This document shows, piece by piece, positions 54,520-62,820 of a DNA stretch of 64,000 nucleotides; positions within the stretch are counted from its first letter, which is position 1; the number at the start of each line of letters is the position of its first letter. Below the pieces are notes generated by a model. It ran no database searches. It was not told where the DNA came from and was given only the letters and a program-made list of their open reading frames with translations. Source of the stretch: Eubacteriales bacterium (lineage in GTDB: Bacteria; Bacillota; Clostridia; Oscillospirales; CAG-272); assembly GCA_045538195.1 (NCBI GenBank), contig JAZSRA010000107.1, forward strand, positions 5,904-69,903. Reading direction: 5' to 3'. The translations under genes were made by a program, and so were the position numbers.

Positions 54520-57500
54520 TTAGTAAACATCTACGCCGTCAACAACAACGTTGAGCTTGTCTTTACTCATGGAGTTCTTGTTGCCCCACAGAGTAGTTCC
54601 AGTGTTGATACCCTTGTCGTTGATCTCGTAACCGTTAACAACAGTATTGTTAACGATAAGCTCGTAAGACTTGCCGTAATCGTTTCCAATCTCAACAGCA
54701 GCCTTAAGGTCGGTGAGACCGCCCTTGTCGTTAAAGGTACAGTCATTCAACGTAAGCTTAGTATTTGCCGTACCATAGAGCAACAGAGCCTTACCGTCAG
54801 AGTTGAAGGTGCAGTTGTTGAAAGTAGCCTCAGGAGCGCCCCATGTCCAGATATTGTACTGGTCGCCACTGATATTAAAGGTACAATCGGTGAACGTCGA
54901 ATCTTTATACAAGCAATAGGTATTCTCAAAATGACAGTTGTTGTACGTACCGCTCATACGTACATAACCTGCGTAGGTATTGTTGTTGGATCGAATGGTT
55001 ACGCCATTAAAGGTAACGGTAGAGCCATCAAATCCATAGTCAGACTGACCGCCATTTTCCGATCCCGTACCAACGATTGTAAGAACAACATCCTTTGTTC
55101 CGTTAATGGTCAAGGTCTGGCCGCCGCAGCCGTAAACATCGTACTCGCCGTCAGCAAGATACAGCTCAGTAATACCATTCGATACCTTTTGAGCCAATTC
55201 TTCGGCATTTGTGACGTAAGTACCAAATACATTCGGGAAGTTTTTAATGCTCAAAACGCCCAAGCCAACATTTTCGGCAGTGGTACAAGGATTGCCCCAG
55301 CAACACCAAGAGGGATCCTCGCTGTTGCCTGCCTTCACATTGGAAGTATCGCAAGCAATATTTCCAACGAAACCAATAGCATTATGACCTGTACCGATTC
55401 CTGCGCCAAGCCAGCCGCCCTGCGCGGTTATCACGGAATCAGCATCGATCGTAACAGCGATAACAGGAGTGGGCGTTACACCCGAGCAATATGTGTTATA
55501 GCCGCTTCCGATACCTGCGCCAAAGTCGCCGCCTGTAGCATTGACTGTGGAATTAGCAATGTTTATGGTAACGTTCTGAAGATCGCCAGACTCATACTTG
55601 GTCATACGTGAGCCGCCAATACCTGCAGAAGAACTGCCGCCCACAACATTTTTAATGACAGAGTCAACGATATTGATGGTTACGCCAGTATGATAACGAG
55701 CTCCGATACCTGCGCCCTTGGAACCGCCAAGAGCCTCATCAACAGTTACATTGTTCAGAGTGATCTCAGCTCCTGTGTAGCCCGAACCGATAGCAGGCGC
55801 GCCCTCAAAATCCTGTTTGCCATAATTATTACCGATCTTGGAATCCACACCGGCACCGGTTGCCTTTACTATATGAACATTGCTGATATTGAGCTTAGAA
55901 ACATTCATACCGCCAATACCGAAAGCTGCTTTTACATCCGTAGCAATTGCGGTCAGATTACCTGTGCCGGAAATGGTCAAAGTGCCATTTGCGGTGATTG
56001 CGGAGCCGTCAAAGGTCGTGACGGTCTCTGCTACAGTCGCAACACCGCTTCCGTTTGCGTTTACGACTACGTCGCCAACGATCACGATGTTTGCGTTGCC
56101 CGCAGCCTGAACAGATTTAATTGTAGAGTCTTTGATCGTCAAAATACCCGTATAATCGGTGGGAAGATTTATGATAGCATCAGGCTCGTTGCAGTTGCTC
56201 AAAATTGCCGCGGTAGACAAAGCGTCTCCGGACAATCCTGCCAACTCCTTATTCAACAGAGCCGTGCTTGTTACGTTGATCGAACGCTTCATGGTCACAT
56301 TTTCCACGGTATTGGTTCCCATAACGGGAGCTACACGCGTACTAACGATTTCGCCGGGATTACTCTTGGTTACGGAAACATAGTTTATAACTACGTTTTT
56401 GAGAGTATTACCTGTTACAGATACACTGGTCTGCGCTACACCCGCAAGACCGCCAACATCACCAAAAGCGTTGAGAATAGCGGTATCAACAGTATTATTG
56501 GTCAACTCGCTGCCGTTATCTGCATAGCCAACCAAAGCTCCAACCTTAGTTCCGTCGGTATCGTCATTGTAATAAGAACAGTTTATGGTAACATTCTTAA
56601 CGGTACAGTTAGTAACAGGAATGTTTATCCAGCCTGCAATAGCTCCTGAGTAACGATGAGAATTTATAGTAACACCGTCAATCGTCAGATCCTTAATGCT
56701 ATTGCTTCCGCTGTGGTGTTCGACCCAACCAAACAAACCTGCCGCGCCATATTGGCTTGTGTTGGCAGTGTTATCAATGTTAAGGTTATAGATGGTATGT
56801 CCGTTTCCGTCAAACGAGCCTACAAACTGAGTAGAGCCTGTTTGACCAATAGGCGTCCACAATCTGTTTCCAAGGTTGATGTCAGCAGCCAGCTTTATAG
56901 TCTTACCCGAGTAGGTGTTACCGCTATTAACAGCTGCGGCAAATCCTGCAAACTGCTCCGCGTTAGTGATAGTTATCACACCGTCAACCGCTTCAGGTAC
57001 AGCTTCAGTTTTGCCCGTCCAAGGAAGACCTGCCAACTCATCGTAATTCTCATTGAAGCTATCGGACTCAGAAGAGTACTGTGTCGCAAAGAGCGTTACA
57101 CCAATATCAATGGTAAGAGGCTCGCCCTTGCCGTTGTTCATGTTATAATCGTTATCATTTTCACTGGGTTCCCAATAGATAACGACCGTGTATACGTCCT
57201 TGTCATCTTTATTGATAAGATTACCCGTCTTTGTGAAGGAAGTGAGCGCGGTCCACTCCTCATCCTCAACCTCGGCGATCAAAGCGGCGCGGTCGTCGGT
57301 TGCGGTCGCTCCGCCCTTGATCACGCCTACCTTCAATACGTCAGCAAGCGTGTTACCGTTGGCATTTGCGTTCGCATTTGTTACGTTAACGGAAAGCTGA
57401 TATTTGAGCGCAAGGCTACCCTCGTTTACGACCTCAAATGTCTCGTAAACGACTGCGCCGGGCTCCCAAAGCGCAATGTCGTCAAACAACACTGTGTTGC

Positions 57501-57699
57501 TGCCGACCTTCTCATGTGTGTCTATATCATCGGTATGATAAAGCTCAATGTCAAGATTACCGGACTTGATGATGTTGTTTGCACTTGTCACACTGTCAGT
57601 GAACCATGCGAATGTTGAACCCAAGAGCATTGTGAAGCAAAGCAAAAGGGCTATAACGCTGGAAATCAGAGCAGACTTTGTGCTTCTTATTTTTGTCAT
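54520..57699 (-). CDS. Giant TasA-like N-domain / GLUG beta-helix / GxGIG-repeat / CxF-repeat beta-helix fusion (1059 aa), SipW-cognate signal peptide
   Basis: ATG 57699 after GGAGG. MTKIRSTKSALISSVIALLLCFTMLLGSTFAWFTDSVTSANNIIKSGNLDI. Then FVGSFDGNGHTIYNL, six (A/G)(A/F)GIG rungs, and C-terminal NNCHF/FTDCTF/FNNCTF/LNDCTF repeats. Confidence 0.75.
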   Translation of the reverse strand: MTKIRSTKSALISSVIALLLCFTMLLGSTFAWFTDSVTSANNIIKSGNLDIELYHTDDIDTHEKVGSNTVLFDDIALWEPGAVVYETFEVVNEGSLALKYQLSVNVTNANANANGNTLADVLKVGVIKGGATATDDRAALIAEVEDEEWTALTSFTKTGNLINKDDKDVYTVVIYWEPSENDNDYNMNNGKGEPLTIDIGVTLFATQYSSESDSFNENYDELAGLPWTGKTEAVPEAVDGVITITNAEQFAGFAAAVNSGNTYSGKTIKLAADINLGNRLWTPIGQTGSTQFVGSFDGNGHTIYNLNIDNTANTSQYGAAGLFGWVEHHSGSNSIKDLTIDGVTINSHRYSGAIAGWINIPVTNCTVKNVTINCSYYNDDTDGTKVGALVGYADNGSELTNNTVDTAILNAFGDVGGLAGVAQTSVSVTGNTLKNVVINYVSVTKSNPGEIVSTRVAPVMGTNTVENVTMKRSINVTSTALLNKELAGLSGDALSTAAILSNCNEPDAIINLPTDYTGILTIKDSTIKSVQAAGNANIVIVGDVVVNANGSGVATVAETVTTFDGSAITANGTLTISGTGNLTAIATDVKAAFGIGGMNVSKLNISNVHIVKATGAGVDSKIGNNYGKQDFEGAPAIGSGYTGAEITLNNVTVDEALGGSKGAGIGARYHTGVTINIVDSVIKNVVGGSSSAGIGGSRMTKYESGDLQNVTINIANSTVNATGGDFGAGIGSGYNTYCSGVTPTPVIAVTIDADSVITAQGGWLGAGIGTGHNAIGFVGNIACDTSNVKAGNSEDPSWCCWGNPCTTAENVGLGVLSIKNFPNVFGTYVTNAEELAQKVSNGITELYLADGEYDVYGCGGQTLTINGTKDVVLTIVGTGSENGGQSDYGFDGSTVTFNGVTIRSNNNTYAGYVRMSGTYNNCHFENTYCLYKDSTFTDCTFNISGDQYNIWTWGAPEATFNNCTFNSDGKALLLYGTANTKLTLNDCTFNDKGGLTDLKAAVEIGNDYGKSYELIVNNTVVNGYEINDKGINTGTTLWGNKNSMSKDKLNVVVDGVDVY

Positions 57700-57791
57700 T
57701 TCTATGACCTCCAAAAAAATTTGTTTGCCGATATTTAGGTAAAACCGTTTTCCGACCATATCGGCTAGCCTTGTCGGAAGCGGTTATTAAC

Positions 57792-58688
57792 TTATACTTC
57801 GTCCGTTGTTTCCGTTGGAGCAACATCTTTCGATTTCGTTTCAACTGTTTCATCGGTCGCTGTTTCCGCAGGAGCATCTTCCGATTTTGTTTCAACTTTC
57901 GTTTCAACTGTTTCATCGGTCGCTGTTTCCTCCGTAGGAGTTACCTCGGACGTAGGCTCGGCGGGAGGTGTTCCCTCTCCACCGTTCTTTTGGTCAAGCT
58001 GTGCTTTAAGGGCTAACAGCTCTTGTATCATACGCTGATTTTCAGCGCGTTCCGCGTCGATCTTATCCCTCTCAGCTTTCATTGCCTCCATCTGTTCACG
58101 CTTATATTTGCGGAACAGGCGGATTACATTCACGCCGTTATAGAGGATCAGAAGCAGGAATGGTACGAGAATACAAATGATATATCCGGGCGTTGACTTC
58201 ACAAAAGCGAAGAATTTGCCGAGCGCGGGGAGCTTACCCGAGTAAACACCCAAAACGTATTCAGGCTCTACCAAAGATTCATCGTCCGTTCCCGTATTCG
58301 TACCGTAGGTCACGTAGCCAAGGACTTTGCCCTCTTCGGTTTTCATGACCTCACGGATCATATGTGTGACGGTCTCTCCGTAGCTTACGCTGTTGGTTGA
58401 CATAAAGGCGATTACGTCGCCCGCCTGCAAAGCTCGGGGATCCTCCACGTTTTTGATAATGACAATATCTCCTGCGTTAAAATGCACGTCCATATCCTTG
58501 TTATTCTCTGACAAGCTCATTGAATCAGTCTGGACTATGTAAAACTTTACGCCGAAAATACTGCGGTCGTTTCTGTCAACGGTGGTTACCGTGACAACGG
58601 TGAATATCATCATAAAGACGGTAAAGGCAACGAGAAGCCAAGTTACGACCTTCAATGCAATATTCATTATTTTTTTAATTGTATTCAT
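57792..58688 (-). CDS. sipW: SipW-type (ER/archaeal-type) signal peptidase I with ~120-aa coiled-coil + acidic T/E-repeat C-terminal tail
   Basis: N-terminal TM, catalytic-Ser context VQTDSMSL, VTHMIRE His motif, second TM, then KYKREQMEAMKAERDKIDAERAENQ... and a duplicated ETATDETVETK (a 31-bp exact nucleotide repeat at about 57836 and 57900). Confidence 0.8.
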   Translation of the reverse strand: MNTIKKIMNIALKVVTWLLVAFTVFMMIFTVVTVTTVDRNDRSIFGVKFYIVQTDSMSLSENNKDMDVHFNAGDIVIIKNVEDPRALQAGDVIAFMSTNSVSYGETVTHMIREVMKTEEGKVLGYVTYGTNTGTDDESLVEPEYVLGVYSGKLPALGKFFAFVKSTPGYIICILVPFLLLILYNGVNVIRLFRKYKREQMEAMKAERDKIDAERAENQRMIQELLALKAQLDQKNGGEGTPPAEPTSEVTPTEETATDETVETKVETKSEDAPAETATDETVETKSKDVAPTETTDEV

Positions 58689-58702
58689 TGGGAAATCGCT
58701 CC

Positions 58703-59296
58703 TTAATTAAGCTTTGCATTACCCTGTACCGCATATACGGTTACGCCAATACCCGTATAGATCTTGCCTTGAAATTCGTTGCCCACGGATTCCTTCATTT
58801 TGATAAATAAGTAATAAGTGTCGCTGCTTTCTCCGGCAGCCAAGCCATTCACCTTGAACTCGGTGATCCGCTCCGCGCCCCGTAAATCGTCGCCTTTCTT
58901 TACGATCCAAAGCTCAAAGGCTTTATCGAACTCTTCCATATCGATCTTATCGTCCTTGCTGACCGAAAGGCTGAAATTCACGGGAATATCTCCCGTATTC
59001 TTGATCTTAAAGCCCTGCGTATAAAAGGTAGCGCCGGGTTCAAAAAGAACGTTTCCGCTATCGGTTGGCGTACCGGAAGTGGTCATGAAAAGCAAAGCTT
59101 TATTTTGAAGCGTAGCTCCCGACGTATCCACGATATCGATCTCAACATCGCCTGACGTCGTGATGATACCGATGATTCCATCGTTCGGATCGCTTGTGAA
59201 GAGAGCGAGCGTCGCTCCCACAAGGCTCACGAGGCAAAGCAGGATGACCAATGCCGTCATAATGAACGCTTGTTTATGTGATTTATAACGGAACAT
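58703..59296 (-). CDS. TasA/camelysin-like protein with SipW-cognate signal peptide (small subunit 2)
   Basis: ...VILLCLVSLVGATLALFTSDPNDG...SGDVEI... C-terminal ...VGNEFQGKIYTGIGVTVYAVQ is typical of the TasA-fold last strands. Confidence 0.75.
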   Translation of the reverse strand: MFRYKSHKQAFIMTALVILLCLVSLVGATLALFTSDPNDGIIGIITTSGDVEIDIVDTSGATLQNKALLFMTTSGTPTDSGNVLFEPGATFYTQGFKIKNTGDIPVNFSLSVSKDDKIDMEEFDKAFELWIVKKGDDLRGAERITEFKVNGLAAGESSDTYYLFIKMKESVGNEFQGKIYTGIGVTVYAVQGNAKLN

Positions 59297-59340
59297 TTTT
59301 CCCTCCTTGCCGTTAGAAATTATTTGTCAGTAAATTTTAA

Positions 59341-60657
59341 TTATTTTACAGATGCATTTGCTGTGTTCGCTGTTACAAGAGTAGCAAGGTTCTCTGCGGT
59401 AAGAGCAACTCCGCCAATGGTGCAATTTTTAAAGGTAACTGCCGCACGGGCATCCATCTCAAATCCTACTTCAAACTCGCATCCTACAAATTCGGTAGGA
59501 GCATAAGGACGGCAGTAAGCGTAACCGTTGCCCTCGCCAAAATTACAGCTAACAAACTTTGCCTCACCTAGAGTTGCGGCATAAGAAGTCCAACCGTTGA
59601 ATGTGGAATTGATAGCCTCAAGTCCCTGATTGGTTCCCTGGTCGCAGCTGATGGTATAAGTAGTTCCGTCAATAGTAACGTTCTCAAGAACTACTTTTTC
59701 ACTGTGAGTGCTGTTATGGTTGATGAAAATACCACGGAAAGAGCCTGTTACGGTGATATTACGAATGATACCGCCGGTAGTGTTGATGCCGGAGTCCCAT
59801 GTGCCGTCAGCACCTGCAATATCAAGCGTATTTCCGCCGCCGTCGATCGTTTGACCGTTCTTTACGTTGATACCGGTCGTACCGTAAGCGTTGCTCATAC
59901 CTGCGGGATCAATCTTAACGTCGTTCTTCAAAAGAACGTTTTCTCCGCTTTCAAGAGTTGCTACAAGTCCGTCGGCATCGGCAACTGCTTTACCACCAAA
60001 CAATTCAACGGTAGCATCTCCACCGATTACAATGTCAGCATTGCTCTGAACTGCTTCGACCAAAACGTTGATAGCAACGTCCTTTTTGCCCTGATACTCG
60101 TTACCTGCGGTAACAGGAAGTTCAACGACGATTTCAACGTTTCCGTTATCAGTAATGCTCTCGCCTACTGCAAGTGCAGTCCAAGCAGAAGTATAAGACT
60201 TGAGCGCCTGGTAAGGAGCATCGTTGATATAAACAACGAGTCCTTCCATAAGCGCCTCACCGTTTACACATTGAATGATATAACGGCACTGAACAGCTAC
60301 GTCGCTATTGTTCGTAGCCTTAATCTCAAACGAAATCTTATCACCAGGAGTGATTTTGTCGAGATTAATCATAGAACCGTTTTGAACGGCAGTTCCACCG
60401 TTAGCAAACGTACCCTTGTCGGTGCGATTATCATACTCATATTTGCCACCATTTTCATCAACGATGGTTCCGTTAGGATCTGCTTTGACCGAGAAATATT
60501 TGAAGTTTTCAACAGTCGCAACCACATCTACATTACCGGCAGTGACGGCAATATTGGTTTCACTCTTACTCGTAAACAAAGCGAAGGTCGATCCTGCGAT
60601 CAGACTAAGGCAAAGAGCGATTGTCGCAATCGAGGACAGCAAAATTTTCTTTTTCAT
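59341..60657 (-). CDS. TasA-like N-domain fused to right-handed beta-helix (CxF-repeat) domain (438 aa), SipW-cognate signal peptide
   Basis: ATG 60657. MKKKILLSSIATIALCLSLIAGSTFALFTSKSETNIAVTAGNVDV. The C-terminal FVSCNF/FVGCEF/FKNCTI repeats resemble the C-terminus of the 1059-aa protein. Confidence 0.7.
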   Translation of the reverse strand: MKKKILLSSIATIALCLSLIAGSTFALFTSKSETNIAVTAGNVDVVATVENFKYFSVKADPNGTIVDENGGKYEYDNRTDKGTFANGGTAVQNGSMINLDKITPGDKISFEIKATNNSDVAVQCRYIIQCVNGEALMEGLVVYINDAPYQALKSYTSAWTALAVGESITDNGNVEIVVELPVTAGNEYQGKKDVAINVLVEAVQSNADIVIGGDATVELFGGKAVADADGLVATLESGENVLLKNDVKIDPAGMSNAYGTTGINVKNGQTIDGGGNTLDIAGADGTWDSGINTTGGIIRNITVTGSFRGIFINHNSTHSEKVVLENVTIDGTTYTISCDQGTNQGLEAINSTFNGWTSYAATLGEAKFVSCNFGEGNGYAYCRPYAPTEFVGCEFEVGFEMDARAAVTFKNCTIGGVALTAENLATLVTANTANASVK

Positions 60658-60756
60658 TTTGCGTTTTCTCCTTATATTATTTTTCGAAGCTTGATTTCGG
60701 TCGAAACGCGAACTCAAGCTTCAGCAAGTTCTGCGTTCGTGTTTGTTTCTTTACTC

Positions 60757-61458
60757 TCACGGAGTGGGAGCAGTGGTTCTTTGTACTGCATGAACAATCA
60801 AGTCAAAGGTCAACTTCTGAGCCTTTGCAGCATTGTTGTTTGCACCGTCAACGAACTCCATCTTAACGGTAAACTCGTCAGAATCGCCGAGCGTTAGCGT
60901 TCCGATGGGAGCGGTATCACTTCCAATCGTTAATCCTTCGCTTAACAATGCAGACACAGGCTTTGCCAACTCTTCCGAGCTGACCGTAATCATCAACTGC
61001 TCGTCAAGCTTCAGCGCCTCGATTTCTTCTGCCGTAAGCCCGTCAACCTTCAACTTAATCTCAATCCAATAATCGTATGCAACGTCACTGTTCTGTTTGT
61101 TTTCAGTAACTGTTGCCGTGTTGTTGGATATTTTCATCGTTGCGGTATAATAACTGCAAGGCACAATCTTCGAAGTCGTCGTGAGGTCAAACACGTTTTT
61201 ATCCGTAGGATTGGAGAAATTCACAACATCATCGTTTGTCGTGGACACAAGATACCCCGTAGCAGCGTCAATCGAATAAGTTTCAAGTTTGGTTCTCTCC
61301 AACGTAATGTTTAGATCTCCGGCTTGCAAATGGTTTTCGACCGTTGCTGTATCGGTGAACAATGCCCACGTCATTCCCACGATAATCGTCATACACAACA
61401 GGATTACTGAAGCGGAAACAAGCAAAGCCCTTATTCTGTTCGTACTTTTCATAGTCAC
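60757..61458 (-). CDS. TasA/camelysin-like protein with SipW-cognate signal peptide (small subunit 1)
   Basis: ...VILLCMTIIVGMTWALFTDTATVENHLQAGDLNI... 233 aa. AAAGGAGG RBS. Confidence 0.75.
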   Translation of the reverse strand: MTMKSTNRIRALLVSASVILLCMTIIVGMTWALFTDTATVENHLQAGDLNITLERTKLETYSIDAATGYLVSTTNDDVVNFSNPTDKNVFDLTTTSKIVPCSYYTATMKISNNTATVTENKQNSDVAYDYWIEIKLKVDGLTAEEIEALKLDEQLMITVSSEELAKPVSALLSEGLTIGSDTAPIGTLTLGDSDEFTVKMEFVDGANNNAAKAQKLTFDLIVHAVQRTTAPTP

Positions 61459-61508
61459 TCCTCCTTTCTCACAGATTTTTGTTTATTGAAACGCTGAAAT
61501 CAGCGGCT

Positions 61509-62039
61509 TCAATCTTTAAGGATAATAACCGTACCGCCCGTCAGCTCAATCATCTTGATTGCCTGAATGGAATAGCTTTCGGACTTGATGGTGAGCGGCT
61601 TATTAAGCATACCGTCAGCCAGAACCTTCATTCTGCCTGCCTTCTTGGAGATCAATCCTCTTTCTTTCAACACCGCAAGAGTAATTACGTCGTTTGCATT
61701 AAAGTTGTCGTCCAGCACGCCGATATTGATAATTCCCTCCTGTCCGTGTCCTGCACCGCTTTCGTAATTGGCAGTCTGCATAGCCAGCGAGTCGGAGATC
61801 ATAGCATCTGCTTCCTCGGCGTCGATATGCTCAACGAATTCGGGCATAACCTCGGGCGGTGCCTCCTCAAGAACGGGAACAGGAGCGGGAGCGGCAACCA
61901 CAACGGGGGCTTCTTTCTTTTCTTCCTTGGTTTCCTCTTTGTTGCGCATTTCAAGAACGACGTCAACGGCGACGTATCCGAGAGTACCCAACGCAAAGAT
62001 CGTCGCAACGATCATAAATATAATGACGAACACGCTCAT
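61509..62039 (-). CDS. Membrane-anchored protein with Pro/Glu-rich linker and ribosomal-protein-uL15-like C-terminal domain
   Basis: N-terminal TM (VFVIIFMIVATIFALGTLGYVAV). The C-terminal INIGVLDDNF...VITLAVLKERGLISKKAGRMKVLADGMLNKPLTIKSESYSIQAIKMIELTGGTVIIL aligns by eye with the E. coli L15 C-terminus (IRLSDL...VDLNTLKAANII...[35 protein letters not shown]). ATGA overlap with the upstream peptidase gene. Confidence 0.6.
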   Translation of the reverse strand: MSVFVIIFMIVATIFALGTLGYVAVDVVLEMRNKEETKEEKKEAPVVVAAPAPVPVLEEAPPEVMPEFVEHIDAEEADAMISDSLAMQTANYESGAGHGQEGIINIGVLDDNFNANDVITLAVLKERGLISKKAGRMKVLADGMLNKPLTIKSESYSIQAIKMIELTGGTVIILKD

Positions 62040-62812
62040 TCCGTTTTATCCTCCTTTTTCTCAGTATTTACTGTCGTTTGCTCGGACTTTTCCCTTTCAA
62101 GCTCTGCGATCTTACGGCGAAGCTCTTCAAGCTCACTCTCTTTCTGAGCCTTCTCCTCTTGCTCCCGTTTCTTTTTGTCCGCACCGAGCACCTTTGCGAT
62201 TTTCAAAACTTCGAGCAAGATAATAATAAAACACGGTACGATAATGAGAAGAATAATACCAACGGGCTGCATCAAGAAGCTCATAATGAGACCAAACAGA
62301 TATGTTTGCCCAGTGACCTTTCCGATCACGTAGTCCGTATTGTTTGGAATAGATGTGTCAATGACCTGCGTGAGTTGACCGTCCTCGGAGTTTTTGTTAT
62401 CTCCTGCGAGAGTAATCTTGAAGCCTCCATCTACTTCTTCTATATCCGTGATACGGTGGGTGATCGTTACTTGCGTTGTGACAACGTAACGGAAGGTAAG
62501 CACGTCACCGACCTTCAAGCTGCGATAAAACGCTTCAGCCTCGTCCGTATCGTCGGGCATTACCTTCACGAACACCATAGAACGAATCGGGATATCCTTG
62601 ATCTCGAAGCTTGACACATCAGTAAGCTCGCATGCAGCCATAGAATTAGAGGTGACTACTCGCATCTGGTATCCAAAAATCTCGGCGGCACCATCCGAAT
62701 CCCTTTTCGATAACACGGTAACAAACACCGAAAAAATGCAAATTGCAAGGAATATGTAAAGAAGTACGTCAAGAGATATTTTGCCTATCTTTTTTATCTT
62801 TGCTTTATCCAT
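62036..62812 (-). CDS. sipW: Second SipW-type signal peptidase I with K/E-rich coiled-coil C-terminal tail
   Basis: N-terminal TM, VVTSNSMAAC Ser motif, ITHRITD His motif, second TM, then KKKREQEEKAQKESELEELRRKIAELEREK. Confidence 0.8.
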   Translation of the reverse strand: MDKAKIKKIGKISLDVLLYIFLAICIFSVFVTVLSKRDSDGAAEIFGYQMRVVTSNSMAACELTDVSSFEIKDIPIRSMVFVKVMPDDTDEAEAFYRSLKVGDVLTFRYVVTTQVTITHRITDIEEVDGGFKITLAGDNKNSEDGQLTQVIDTSIPNNTDYVIGKVTGQTYLFGLIMSFLMQPVGIILLIIVPCFIIILLEVLKIAKVLGADKKKREQEEKAQKESELEELRRKIAELEREKSEQTTVNTEKKEDKTE

Positions 62813-62820
62813 AGATTACC

